From assembly GCA_030837965.1 (NCBI GenBank), contig JAUTXP010000051.1:21485-85484 (forward strand): a stretch of 64,000 nt of DNA, read 5' to 3'. A program made the position numbers and the translations under genes. A model generated the notes under the pieces. The model searched no databases. It worked only from the letters and a program-made list of their open reading frames with translations, and had not been told where the DNA came from. Each line of letters opens with the position of its first letter. Position 1 is the first letter of the stretch. Source of the stretch: Acidimicrobiaceae bacterium. GTDB taxonomy: Bacteria > Actinomycetota > Acidimicrobiia > Acidimicrobiales > JAUTXP01. Below, piece after piece: positions 36,973 through 46,254 of this stretch.

Positions 36973-37709
36973 ACCAGTTCTCCTTCGAAGAGGGGCATCT
37001 GAGGATCGGGCTCGCCGACTGCGCCGTCTGTGCCGGTTGAGCCCGCGGCGCGGGGCAGGCCCCACGGCAGGTGGTCCATGAACACCCACGTGCGTCGGTG
37101 GATGGAGGTCGGGCCCCACGCCCGCAGCGCCATCTTGTGGCGCGGGCACGGGTAGCCCTTGTTGAGGTCGAAGTCGTAGCCAGGGAAGTGCACGGACTCG
37201 GCCCGCATCATGCGGTCGCGGGTGACCTTGGCCAGGATCGACGCCGCCGCGATGCTGAGGCACTTGGCGTCGCCCTTGATCAGCCGCTGCGAGTTGCCCA
37301 GGCCGACGAAGTCCCAGTTGCCGTCGATCAGCACGTGATCGGGCGTCAGGCCCAAGCCGTCGATGGCCCGGCGTGCGGCCAGCTTCTGGGCCGCAGACAT
37401 GCCCAGGCCGTCGCACTCCTCCTGGCTGGCGTGGCCCACGGCCCACGCCCTACACCACCCCGCGATGCGGTCGAAGATGCGCTCGCGCTCGGGCTCGGTG
37501 AGCATCTTCGAGTCGCGGATGCGGTAGACGCGCTTGTCGACCGGCAGCACCGCCGCGCCCACGCTGATGGGCCCGGCCCACGCCCCTCGGCCCACCTCGT
37601 CCACGCCCACGACCACGTCGGCCCCGTCGTGCCACAGGGCGCGCTCGAGCGTGAGGGAAGGGGCCTTGGCGACCAGCGAGGGGCGGAGGGGATGGCGGGG
37701 GGGCGCCAT
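36969..37709 (-). CDS. rnhB: ribonuclease HII
   Basis: 246 aa with GVDEVGRGAWAGPI, DSKMLT and ASILAKVTRD. Confidence 0.85.
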   Translation of the reverse strand: MAPPRHPLRPSLVAKAPSLTLERALWHDGADVVVGVDEVGRGAWAGPISVGAAVLPVDKRVYRIRDSKMLTEPERERIFDRIAGWCRAWAVGHASQEECDGLGMSAAQKLAARRAIDGLGLTPDHVLIDGNWDFVGLGNSQRLIKGDAKCLSIAAASILAKVTRDRMMRAESVHFPGYDFDLNKGYPCPRHKMALRAWGPTSIHRRTWVFMDHLPWGLPRAAGSTGTDGAVGEPDPQMPLFEGELV

Positions 37710-37720
37710 GGGCGGCGAGG

Positions 37721-38719
37721 TTAGACCAGCACCACGCCGGGCCGACCCGCCTCGACGGTGCCGATGACGGTGAATCCTTCGGGGACCTGGCCCGCAGGCA
37801 GGGCAGCGAGCAGGCCGCCGGACGTCTGGGGGTCGAAGCAGAGCGCCTCCAGCGCCGGCGCCGCGGTGGACACGACCCGCCCTTCCAGATGGGCCCGGTT
37901 GCGGGCGTCGCCGCCGGTGCGGATGCCCGCCTCGGCTGCCTCCCGCGCCCCTTCGTACAGGGGCAGGACGCTCGACTCGATGCGCACCACCACGCCCGAG
38001 CGCTCGGCCATCTCCCACGCGTGGCCGAGCAGCCCGAAGCCGGTCACGTCGGTCACCGCGTGCGGCCCGTGTGCAGGGTCGCGAGCAGACAGGGCCTCGG
38101 CCGCAGCCCGGTTCAGCGTCCGCATCCCTTGTGTCGCCAAACGCTTTTGGCCGTCCGAGCCGCCCGCCAGGACGATGCCGGTCCCGAGCGGCTTGGACAG
38201 GGCCAGCACGTCGCCGGGCCGCGCGCCCGCCTTGGTCCAGATGCGGTCGGGATGGACCAGGCCTTGCACGGCCAGCCCGAAGATGGGCTCCTCGGAGCGG
38301 ATGGTGTGCCCGCCCGCCACCACGCCCCCCGCCTCCACCACTACCTCGGCCGCGGCGGCCAGGATGGCGCCCACCGCCTCGACCGGCAGGCGCTCGGGGA
38401 AGGCCGAGATGTTGAGGGCCAGCACGACCCGCGCCCCCATGGCGAACACGTCGCTGCACGCGTTGGCCGCGGCGATGGCGCCGAAGTCGGCCGGGTCGTC
38501 CACCAAGGGCGGGAAGAAGTCGGTGGTGCTGACGAGGGCCAGGTCGTCGGCCAGCCGGTAGACGGCCGCGTCGTCGAAGGGGGCCAGGCCCACCAGCAAC
38601 TCCGCGGTCGGCGCCGCTTCGGCCAGCGACCGCACCAGCGCATTCAACGGGGCCGCCCCCCACTTGGCCGCGCACCCCCCGCACGACGTCCACTCCGTCA
38701 ACCGCACCCCCCGGTCCAT
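37721..38719 (-). CDS. selD: selenide, water dikinase (Cys-type SelD)
   Basis: MDRGVRLTEWTSCGGCAAKW... is collinear with the E. coli SelD N-terminus, with Cys at the Sec/Cys position, and has an AIR-synthase-like fold. The ATG directly abuts repeat A3. Confidence 0.8.
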   Translation of the reverse strand: MDRGVRLTEWTSCGGCAAKWGAAPLNALVRSLAEAAPTAELLVGLAPFDDAAVYRLADDLALVSTTDFFPPLVDDPADFGAIAAANACSDVFAMGARVVLALNISAFPERLPVEAVGAILAAAAEVVVEAGGVVAGGHTIRSEEPIFGLAVQGLVHPDRIWTKAGARPGDVLALSKPLGTGIVLAGGSDGQKRLATQGMRTLNRAAAEALSARDPAHGPHAVTDVTGFGLLGHAWEMAERSGVVVRIESSVLPLYEGAREAAEAGIRTGGDARNRAHLEGRVVSTAAPALEALCFDPQTSGGLLAALPAGQVPEGFTVIGTVEAGRPGVVLV

Positions 38720-38750
38720 CTTTTCCACAGCACCTGCTGCTGTGGAAAAG
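38720..38750 (-). repeat. family A palindromic intergenic element, copy A3
   Basis: The minus strand reads CTTTTCCACAGCA-GCAGG-TGCTGTGGAAAAG and is followed immediately by the selD ATG. C- and G-rich flanks span 38706-38772. Confidence 0.95.
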
Positions 38751-38787
38751 CGCGAGGGGGTCGGGTCGGGGGGAGGGTCGGTGGGGG

Positions 38788-40722
38788 TCAGAGCCATTGG
38801 CGCAGGACCTCCTCGGTGTGCTGGCCGAGTCGGGGCGCGGGGCCGGCGATGGGCAGGACCCGGCCGTCGACCCGGATGGGCGTGGCCTCGAACGGAAGGG
38901 GATACGTGCCCATGTGGGCCAACTGGACGTCGCGCTCCAACCGGTCGGCCTGGTCCTGCACCACGCCGCACGCCGCCCCTCGAGCCTGGCCGTCGCGCAC
39001 CGCCGCGTACCCGTCGCGGAACCGGGCCACCTCCACCGCGTCCAGCCCGACGACCCATCGCCCGTCGGCCGCCCGCACCACCGGCCCTTCGTTGCCCGGC
39101 GTGACCAGGCCCGGGTTCTCCAGGGCCAGCGACGCACAGACCAGTCCGCATTCCACCTGGCTGACGTCCACCCACCGGGCCCGCCCGTCCTGGCGGGTGG
39201 CGTGCAGGGCGGCCAGCAGCCCGACGGTGGCGTAGTAGCCGCCCACGTAGTCGAGGTACGAGTACCCGAACCCGGCGGGCTCGCGGCCGGGCAGGCCCGA
39301 CAGCCACGCGCACCCGCTGATGGCCTGGGCCGTCGGGCCCCAGGTGTCGTAGTCCCGCTTGGGCCCCTCGTGCCCGAACCCGCTGAGCGACACGTAGACG
39401 ATCGAGGGGTTGGCCGACTGGAGGTCGTCGAAGGCCAGCCCCAGCCGCTCCATCACCCGGGACGAGAAGTTCTCGACCACCACGTCGGCCGACGCGACCA
39501 AGGCCAGCACGGTGTCTCGGTCCTTCGCGTCCTGCATGTCCAAGGCCAACGAGCGCTTGCCCGCGTTGAGGTTGGCGAAGAAGGGCGACCCCTCGCCGTC
39601 GGGGAAGGTGCCGCTCGACCCGATGGGCATGATCCGCATGAGCTCGGGCTTGCCCGGGCGCTCGACCTTCACCACGTCGGCCCCGGCATGAGCCAGGATG
39701 CGAGTGACGGTCGGCCCCGCCACCTGCCAGGTGAAGTCCAGCACCCGAAGCCCGCGCACCGGCCCTGGTCTTCGAGGCCCGGCGCCCGCGCCAACCGGGT
39801 CCCCCACATGGACCCGCCACGGCACCCAGTCCTCGAACACCGGCCTGCCCAAGAACTGCGGGTCGTCCCGGTTCTCCTCGGGCCTGCGCACCACGCCCCA
39901 CGGCAGGTCGCGGGCCTGGCCTCCTTCAAAGGCGGCGTCGGCGGGCAGGGTGGCGACGAAGGCGCCCAGCACGTCGAAGATGTGCTTCTCCTCGGCCAGT
40001 CGGACCGAGCCTTTCAGCCAACGCTCGTCGGTGAGATCAGCCGCCATCCCGTGCTCGTCGAGCCACGACACGATCGAGGCCCAGCGGTCCCGGGTCAGCG
40101 CAGGGAGGATGAGGTTGGCGTAGCGGCCGTCGGCGCAGCGCCACTGCCACCGCCTGGGATCGGCCTCATGCGAGGCGTGCTGGCCCGCGTGGCGCATGAG
40201 CCGCTCGCCCCTGGCCGTCCACGCTGCGAACTCGGTCTCGTGGCCGACGGAGTTGGCCTCGTGCCACGACGTGGCCGCCCGCGACCCGGCTCCGTTCACC
40301 AACAGGAGGGCGGCGATGGCGCCCATGAGCCCGCCCACGACCTCGGCCTGGTTGCCCGCGCACATGACCGGCGGCTCGTCCTCGCCGTCGTAGCCGTCGA
40401 GGGCCATCATCCCGCACAGGGCCTGGTGGGCCAGCTCGCTCCCCTGCCAGCGCGACCACGGCCCGTCCTCGCCGAAGCGGGTGACCCGCACGACGGGCAC
40501 ATCGGGCCAGTCGTCGAGCGGCGGCGACCCGGCCGGGCGCCCGTCCAGCACGAGATTGGGTGAAGAATCCGACATGTCGCCCTTGAACCGATCCCGCCAA
40601 CGACGCACCATAGGGGGACCGTCAGCGCCGGCCGTCTCCACCTCCGCACCACACGCCCCCAGCAGACGTCCGGCGAAGGCAGCGAGGTCCCCGAACTCCC
40701 GCACGCGAAGGCCGTTCAGCAT
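38788..40722 (-). CDS. CaiB/BaiF family III CoA-transferase (long, apparently two-domain form)
   Basis: 644 aa. The C-terminal half (GLRVLDFTWQVAGPTVTRILAHAGADVVKVERP...) is canonical. The N-terminal half begins with a degenerate copy of the same opening (GLRVREFGDLAAFAGRLLGACGAEV). Confidence 0.8.
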   Translation of the reverse strand: MLNGLRVREFGDLAAFAGRLLGACGAEVETAGADGPPMVRRWRDRFKGDMSDSSPNLVLDGRPAGSPPLDDWPDVPVVRVTRFGEDGPWSRWQGSELAHQALCGMMALDGYDGEDEPPVMCAGNQAEVVGGLMGAIAALLLVNGAGSRAATSWHEANSVGHETEFAAWTARGERLMRHAGQHASHEADPRRWQWRCADGRYANLILPALTRDRWASIVSWLDEHGMAADLTDERWLKGSVRLAEEKHIFDVLGAFVATLPADAAFEGGQARDLPWGVVRRPEENRDDPQFLGRPVFEDWVPWRVHVGDPVGAGAGPRRPGPVRGLRVLDFTWQVAGPTVTRILAHAGADVVKVERPGKPELMRIMPIGSSGTFPDGEGSPFFANLNAGKRSLALDMQDAKDRDTVLALVASADVVVENFSSRVMERLGLAFDDLQSANPSIVYVSLSGFGHEGPKRDYDTWGPTAQAISGCAWLSGLPGREPAGFGYSYLDYVGGYYATVGLLAALHATRQDGRARWVDVSQVECGLVCASLALENPGLVTPGNEGPVVRAADGRWVVGLDAVEVARFRDGYAAVRDGQARGAACGVVQDQADRLERDVQLAHMGTYPLPFEATPIRVDGRVLPIAGPAPRLGQHTEEVLRQWL

Positions 40723-40745
40723 CAGGCCGAAGGAGACGCTGGGTT

Positions 40746-40973
40746 GTGGACAGGTCGACCATGGAGTTGCTGGTGGAGGAGCACTTGAAGCCTGGGACCC
40801 GAGTGGAGGTGCGCACCCGCTTCGCGGGCAAGTGGTCCCGCGGCTTCGAGGTGGCCGAGGTCTCGGCGGGCGGCTACCGGGTCAGGCGGCTTTCCGACGG
40901 GTCGGTCCTGCCCGCCGAGTTCGAAGCCGACGACGTGCGCAAGGAACGCAGGCAAGGACTCTGGTGGGCCTAG
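40746..40973 (+). CDS. small hypothetical protein
   Basis: 75-aa ORF with high third-position GC, and an alternative start MELLVEE at 40761. It lies only 23-38 nt from the divergent CoA-transferase start, so the call is tentative. Confidence 0.45.
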   Translation: MDRSTMELLVEEHLKPGTRVEVRTRFAGKWSRGFEVAEVSAGGYRVRRLSDGSVLPAEFEADDVRKERRQGLWWA

Positions 40974-41266
40974 GCCGGGTCGCCGCGTAGCTCGGCGATG
41001 TAGTCGTCGACCGGGATGGCGGGCATGGTCACGGTCTTGACCGTGCCCCGCGCCCCGAGGACGAGCGCCACCTTGGCCATCACCTTTTCGTTGGGCGCTT
41101 CAAGGATGTTGCAGAAGTCGTACGGTCCGAGCAGCACGTACTGGGCCAAGACCTTGACGCCCAGCGCCTCCACTTCGTCGTTGACCTCCTTCACCCGCTC
41201 GGGCTTCTCCCGGAGGGTGGCCGCCCCGTCCGGGCCCAGCGTGGTGAACATCAAGAAGGTGGGCAT
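40970..41266 (-). CDS. GYD domain-containing protein
   Basis: 98 aa: MPTFLMFTTLGPDGAATL...LLGPYDFCNILEAPNE. Confidence 0.8.
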   Translation of the reverse strand: MPTFLMFTTLGPDGAATLREKPERVKEVNDEVEALGVKVLAQYVLLGPYDFCNILEAPNEKVMAKVALVLGARGTVKTVTMPAIPVDDYIAELRGDPA

Positions 41267-41315
41267 GCCGCGACGCTAACCCAGCACCCGCCCCGCCCGG
41301 CACCCCGCACCCCTT

Positions 41316-41352
41316 CATCTTTTCCACAGCACCTGCTGCTGTGGAAAAGATG
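41316..41352 (-). repeat. family A palindromic intergenic element, copy A4
   Basis: The core is 41319-41349, and the minus strand reads GCAGG in the loop. The stem is extended by CAT/ATG. It lies 15 nt after the stop at 41365. Confidence 0.95.
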
Positions 41353-41364
41353 GGCGGGGCCGGC

Positions 41365-42636
41365 TCAGCGCGGTGAGGCCGGGCGTTGGGACGCGACGGG
41401 CGGGGCCAGCAGGGCCTCGCCGCGGGCCTCGGTGGTCGACCACGAAGGGTCGAGGCCGGGGGCGCGCAGGACCACGGCCTGGTCGGCGTCACGACGCTCC
41501 AACTCCCACAGCAGCGCGGGCCGGTCGCCGTGCCAGCGCAGCGCGAACGACATGGAGCCGAACGCGGTGGGCACGTCGTGGACTTCGATGGCCTGGCCCG
41601 CCCAGCCGTCAGCGACGGTGGAGCACAGGTCCAACCCGTCCGTCCTCTCGAACACCACGGCATCGCGCACCACGGCCAGGAAGCGGGCCGCGGCCTGCGC
41701 GTTGTGGCCCGGCGGCCAGGTGAAGGTGGGGCCGGCCGCGTCGAGCACGGCCTGCAACTCGGCCGCCGAGGGCGGTGCGGGCCCTGGTCGGGGAAGCTCG
41801 GCGGACCGGTCGGAGAACAGCGGGAGGAACCGGCGGTTGGCCTCGACCGCGTCGGCCAGCCTGCCGGGCGGGAGGTCGAAGCGCATGCCGGTGCGGGCGT
41901 GGACGGCCCAGCCCTTGGCCACCGCTTCGGCCGTTGGCAATGCCGTTGGCAATGCCGTTGGGAACGCAGGCCGCGGTCGGCCTCGGCGCCACCATCGCGG
42001 TCGGGGCGACACCAACGGCATCACCACCCGCAACACCGCGGTGTGGGGCAGCGGAAAGATGAAGGCGGCTTGGGCTCGACCGGCCTTGCACCGCAACGGC
42101 TCGGGGAACTGCGTGCCCGCGGCCCCGCTGGTGACGATCTCGGCCACGTCGCCTTCGTCCAGGGTGGAAGCGGCCACACGCGCGGGCGGCTTCATGAACA
42201 ACAACGCGGTGCGGCCGTCCACGGTCACGGCGTTGTCGCGCCACGCGATGCGCTCGACGCGTGCCGGCCCCGTGGGGTTGGCGGGCCGGACGACCAACGC
42301 CACCGCGAACGGGATGGGCGACGCATTCTCGATCTCCACCACGGCCACGCCGCCATCCGGGCTGGGCACGCCGTAGACCCGCTGGACGGCGTCGCCGCTG
42401 GGCACGCGCATGGCCGTCTCCACCACCGGGCTGTGGGCGACCAGGCGCTGTCGAACGCCTGACTCGGTGGCGGCCATGTGCCACCGGTCGTCGGCCCCGA
42501 TCCACCAGTCCAGCGACCAACCGCCGGGCCACGGCGTCACCAGGCCGCGCCCGTCGACGATGGCCCGCCCGGGCGAGCCGATGCTGCCCACCGTCGTCCA
42601 GCGGGCCTCGGCCAGGCCGGGCGCGGGCTCGACCAT
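41365..42636 (-). CDS. hypothetical protein (423 aa), co-transcribed with gpsA
   Basis: Part of track ORF 41365..44022. The ATG at 42636 overlaps the gpsA stop as TGATG. No domain was recognised, and it contains the short internal repeat FPTALPTALPTA. Confidence 0.6.
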   Translation of the reverse strand: MVEPAPGLAEARWTTVGSIGSPGRAIVDGRGLVTPWPGGWSLDWWIGADDRWHMAATESGVRQRLVAHSPVVETAMRVPSGDAVQRVYGVPSPDGGVAVVEIENASPIPFAVALVVRPANPTGPARVERIAWRDNAVTVDGRTALLFMKPPARVAASTLDEGDVAEIVTSGAAGTQFPEPLRCKAGRAQAAFIFPLPHTAVLRVVMPLVSPRPRWWRRGRPRPAFPTALPTALPTAEAVAKGWAVHARTGMRFDLPPGRLADAVEANRRFLPLFSDRSAELPRPGPAPPSAAELQAVLDAAGPTFTWPPGHNAQAAARFLAVVRDAVVFERTDGLDLCSTVADGWAGQAIEVHDVPTAFGSMSFALRWHGDRPALLWELERRDADQAVVLRAPGLDPSWSTTEARGEALLAPPVASQRPASPR

Positions 42637-43643
42637 CAGCGGGTGATGCCGTGCAGCTCGGGCTTGGCCTCCCGTCGCATGAGCGAGGGGATGATGTCGA
42701 CCGCCTTCTTGCCCTCGTACAGCACAGCCACCACCTGCTCGGCGATGGGCATCTCCAGCCCGGCCTGTCGGGCCAGGGCCACGACCGCTCTCGAGGTCTT
42801 CACGCCCTCGGCCACCATCTTCATCTCGGCGATGACCTCGTCGATGGTGCGGCCCTGGCCGAGTTGCTCCCCCACATGGCGGTTGCGGCTCTGGCGGCTG
42901 ATGCACGTGGCGACCAGGTCGCCCATGCCCGCCAGGCCCGAGAAGGTCAGGGCCTGTCCCCCCAGGGCGCAGCCCAAGCGGGTCAGCTCGGCCAGGCCTC
43001 GGGTGATGAGGGCGGCCCTGGTGTTGTCGCCGAAGCCCATCCCGTCGGCCATGCCGCTGGCGATGGCCATCACGTTCTTCAGCGCGCCCGCCAGCTCGCA
43101 GCCCACCACGTCGTCGTTCGTGTAGACGCGGAAGGCATCGGTGGAGAAGACCTGTTGAAGGTCGGCGGCCACGGCCTGGTCGGTCATGGCCACCACGCTG
43201 GCCGCGGGCTGGCCCGCCATGATCTCCTTGGCCAGGTTGGGCCCGGTGAGCACGCCGCTGGCCCGGTCGGGCGCCACCTCCTCGATCACCTGCGTCATGC
43301 GCTTGAGGCTGTCCTGCTCCACGCCCTTGGTCAGGCTGACGATGGGCGCGTTGGCGGGCAGGTGGGGCCGAGCCTCGGTCAGGATGTCCCGAAAGCCGTG
43401 GGACGGAACGCCCATCACCACCACGGCCGCGTCGGCCAGCGCCTCTTCGAGCGACGACGTGGCGTGCAGACCGGGCGGCAGCGGGAAGTCGGCCAGGTAG
43501 TCCCGGTTGAGGTGCTCGGCATTGATCCGGTCGGCCAGGTCGGGACGACGGGCCCACAACACGGTCGGGGTGCGGGTCGCGGCGATGGCGGCCACGGCCG
43601 TGCCCCACGAGCCCGCGCCGACGACGGCAACCTTGGTGGCCAC
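42636..43643 (-). CDS. gpsA: NAD(P)H-dependent glycerol-3-phosphate dehydrogenase
   Basis: 335 aa with VAVVGAGSWGTAVA and a typical GpsA C-terminal domain. Confidence 0.9.
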   Translation of the reverse strand: MATKVAVVGAGSWGTAVAAIAATRTPTVLWARRPDLADRINAEHLNRDYLADFPLPPGLHATSSLEEALADAAVVVMGVPSHGFRDILTEARPHLPANAPIVSLTKGVEQDSLKRMTQVIEEVAPDRASGVLTGPNLAKEIMAGQPAASVVAMTDQAVAADLQQVFSTDAFRVYTNDDVVGCELAGALKNVMAIASGMADGMGFGDNTRAALITRGLAELTRLGCALGGQALTFSGLAGMGDLVATCISRQSRNRHVGEQLGQGRTIDEVIAEMKMVAEGVKTSRAVVALARQAGLEMPIAEQVVAVLYEGKKAVDIIPSLMRREAKPELHGITR

Positions 43644-43696
43644 GACGGCCGAGCCTACCGACGCGACAACGCCGCCGCCCTTCGTAGACTCGGCCG

Positions 43697-44269
43697 GTGG
43701 CCCTCGGTCCGGTCGCCGTGCTCGTGCCCGTGAAGGCCTTCGCCGACGCCAAGGTCAGGCTGGCTCCCGCCTTGCCGCCCGCCCGAAGGGCCGCGCTGGC
43801 CCAGGCCATGGCCGAACGGGTGCTGGCTGCGGCCGGGTCGCTGCCGGTGGCGGTCGTGTGCGACGACGCGGCGGTGGCCGGATGGGCCGCGGCCCACGGG
43901 GCCATCGTGCTGGCCGAGCCGGGCCGGGGCTTGAACGGCGCGGTAGAGGCGGGCGTGAAGCAGTTGGCCTCCGCAGGGGCCCGCCAGGTGATCGTGGCCC
44001 ACGCCGACCTGCCGTTGGCCACCGACCTGGCCTGGGTCGCCTACTTCCCCGGCGCCACCGTGGTGCCCGACCGGCGGCGGGACGGCACCAACGTGATCTG
44101 CGTGCCCGCCCGCAGCGGCTTTCGCTTCTCCTACGGACCGGGCTCGTTCGATCGACACGTCGTCGAGGCCCGTCGACTGGGCCTGGGCCTGCGAGTCGTG
44201 TCGGAGCCGCTGTTGGCGTGGGACGTGGACGTGCCCGCCGACCTCGACTACGCGGCCGCGCCGACGTGA
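43697..44269 (+). CDS. cofC: 2-phospho-L-lactate/phosphoenolpyruvate guanylyltransferase (F420 biosynthesis)
   Basis: 190 aa with VLVPVKAFADAKVRL...HADLPLA. It is divergent from gpsA, as I recall for M. tuberculosis Rv2982c/Rv2983. Confidence 0.8.
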   Translation: MALGPVAVLVPVKAFADAKVRLAPALPPARRAALAQAMAERVLAAAGSLPVAVVCDDAAVAGWAAAHGAIVLAEPGRGLNGAVEAGVKQLASAGARQVIVAHADLPLATDLAWVAYFPGATVVPDRRRDGTNVICVPARSGFRFSYGPGSFDRHVVEARRLGLGLRVVSEPLLAWDVDVPADLDYAAAPT

Positions 44270-45015
44270 GCAGCGCGACCAGCGCGGGCTTTTCGACCGA
44301 CCTTGATCCGCCCGCACGGGCGCTGGCCATCGGCGCCCACCCGGACGATGTGGAGTTCGGCTGCGGAGCCACCTTGGCCAAGTGGGCCGCGGCCGGGTGC
44401 GCCATCCACCACGTGGTCTGCACCGATGGGTCCAAGGGGTCGTGGGACCCGTCCGAGGACACGGCCCGGCTGGTGGCCCTGCGCCAGGAGGAGCAGCGCG
44501 CCGCCTCGCGCGCCTTGGGCGGCAAGGGCGAGGTCGTGTTCTTGGGCTGGCCCGACGGGGAGTTGGAGTCGGGGCTGCGGCAACGGTGGGAGACGGCGTA
44601 CTGGATCAGGGCCATCAGACCCGACGTGGTGCTGGGCCACGATCCGTGGAAGCGCTACCGGCTGCACCCCGATCACCGCAACGCGGGGCTGCTGGCCGTG
44701 GAGGGGATCGTGGCCGCCCGCGACCCGCACTTCTTCCCCGAGCAGGGCGTGGAGCCGTGGCGGCCGTCGGCGCTGCTGCTGTGGGAGGCGGACGAGGCCG
44801 ATCACGTGGAGGACGCGGCGGGCTTCGTCGACGCCAAGTTCGCCGCCCTCATGGAGCACCGCTCGCAGTTGCGCTCCACCATGCACGTGGACGACGCCGA
44901 CGACGACGCCCAAGTCCGCGCCTTTCGGTCGCTGATGGAGGAGCGCTTGGCCGAGCACGGCGCCCTGGCCGGGTTGGCCGCGGGCGAGGCGTTCAAGCTC
45001 ATCACCCGCCTGTAG
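44266..45015 (+). CDS. PIG-L/LmbE family deacetylase
   Basis: 249 aa with [15 protein letters not shown] and HPDH motifs. The GTG start overlaps the cofC stop as GTGA. Confidence 0.8.
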   Translation: MSSATSAGFSTDLDPPARALAIGAHPDDVEFGCGATLAKWAAAGCAIHHVVCTDGSKGSWDPSEDTARLVALRQEEQRAASRALGGKGEVVFLGWPDGELESGLRQRWETAYWIRAIRPDVVLGHDPWKRYRLHPDHRNAGLLAVEGIVAARDPHFFPEQGVEPWRPSALLLWEADEADHVEDAAGFVDAKFAALMEHRSQLRSTMHVDDADDDAQVRAFRSLMEERLAEHGALAGLAAGEAFKLITRL

Positions 45016-45087
45016 CTCCGCGGGGCGGGCAGGCCGGGGTGGGGCCGGGCGGGACGGGGTGGGACGGGGCGGAACGGGGCGGAACGC

Positions 45088-45117
45088 GAAACGGCCTCCC
45101 CGAAGGGAGGCCGTTTC
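45088..45117. terminator. GC-rich hairpin between convergent genes (13-bp stem, UUCG loop on minus strand)
   Basis: GAAACGGCCTCCC-CGAA-GGGAGGCCGTTTC lies 18 nt below the stop of the Lys/Ala-rich gene. The AAA/TTT stem ends could serve either direction. Confidence 0.6.
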
Positions 45118-45134
45118 ACCACCGAGTTGGGCTC

Positions 45135-45431
45135 CTACCTCTTGGCCGTCTTCCTCGCCGCCGTCTTCTTGGCCGGGGCCTTCTTCGCCGTCGACTTCTT
45201 GGCCGTGGACTTCTTGGCCGGTGACGCCTTCTTGGACGCCGTCGACTTCTTGGCCGTCGACTTCTTGGCGGGTGAGGCCTTCTTCGACGCGGTGGCCTTC
45301 TTGGCCGTGCTCTTCTTGGCGGGCGACGCCTTCTTGCTGGCCGTCGCCTTCTTGGCCGTGCTCTTGGCTGCGGTGGTTTTCTTGGCCGTACTCTTCTTGG
45401 CCGCCGGAGCAGCCTTCTTGGTCGGGCTCAT
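45135..45431 (-). CDS. stand-alone Lys/Ala-rich histone-H1-like repeat protein
   Basis: 98 aa built from [10 protein letters not shown](A/S)TASKKA units. It has good GC3 codon bias and AAAGGCGG upstream of the ATG. Confidence 0.65.
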   Translation of the reverse strand: MSPTKKAAPAAKKSTAKKTTAAKSTAKKATASKKASPAKKSTAKKATASKKASPAKKSTAKKSTASKKASPAKKSTAKKSTAKKAPAKKTAARKTAKR

Positions 45432-45445
45432 CGTGCCGCCTTTCG

Positions 45446-45862
45446 CTAGCGCTTCTTGGTGGACTTGGCGGCCTTCTTGGCCGACGCGGTCTTCTTCGAG
45501 GTGCTGCTGGACTTGGCGGCCGACTTGGCCGGCGCTGCCTTCTTGGCCCCGGCCTTCTTCGCCGGTGCCGCCTTCTTTGCTCCGCCCTTGGCGTTCAGCG
45601 CTTCTTTGAACGCGGACGCCGGACCGAACCGGACGCCCTTCGAGGCGGCGATCTTCACCGGGGCCCCGGTCTGCGGATTGCGGCCCGTGCGAGCAGCGCG
45701 GCTGGTCTGGTTGAAGGTTCCGAACCGGGGGATGCTGACCCGATCGTTTGCCTTCACCGCGTTGACGATCGCATCGACGACCGCCTCCACCGCGCTCTCC
45801 GCCTGCCGCCGCTCGAGACCTGCGGCCTCGCGCACTGCGTCGACGAGTTCGGCTTTGTTCAC
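45446..45862 (-). CDS. hupB: HU family DNA-binding protein with Lys/Ala-rich C-terminal tail
   Basis: GTG start at 45862 preceded by [16 protein letters not shown]...[19 protein letters not shown] is followed by an AKKAAPAKK tail. The track ORF extends further upstream artefactually. Confidence 0.85.
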   Translation of the reverse strand: MNKAELVDAVREAAGLERRQAESAVEAVVDAIVNAVKANDRVSIPRFGTFNQTSRAARTGRNPQTGAPVKIAASKGVRFGPASAFKEALNAKGGAKKAAPAKKAGAKKAAPAKSAAKSSSTSKKTASAKKAAKSTKKR

Positions 45863-46002
45863 GCCACCTCCTGGCGATTCATGGGGAAGTTTCCTCAAAT
45901 GAAAATTGGTTTGACCCGTAAGGTCAAGCATTTCCCCTTGTGGCACAAGGCCTTTCGAAGCGAGGTGGCGCGAAATCCCTTTGTTTGCAAGGCTTTTTGG
46001 GC

Positions 46003-46221
46003 ATGGAGGAACTTGAGCCCGGAACCTACGACGGAGTCGTTGTCGACGCCGAAGAGCTCGACGATGACGCGCTGTCGTTGGAGATCGCGTTGACGAGCGG
46101 TCCGCACAAAGGCGCGGTCGTGCGCGTCCGCGGGCCGCGATCCGGACGCGACGCGGTGTCCGTGCTCGGTCTTCCAGTGACCATCGACGTGCGCGACGAC
46201 GGCATCCGCGTCGCGTTCTGA
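46003..46221 (+). CDS. small hypothetical protein (72 aa)
   Basis: [44 protein letters not shown].... It is plausible by codon bias only. Confidence 0.4.
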   Translation: MEELEPGTYDGVVVDAEELDDDALSLEIALTSGPHKGAVVRVRGPRSGRDAVSVLGLPVTIDVRDDGIRVAF

Positions 46222-46254
46222 GACGGCCGACGGCCACGCGCGAAGTGCGTCGCG

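Noticed and set aside
40970-40973. Convergent genes overlapping by 4 nt at a CCTAGG palindrome that supplies both TAG stops
   Set aside because: It is real in the sequence but is a common compaction curiosity. The plus-strand small ORF is itself uncertain.
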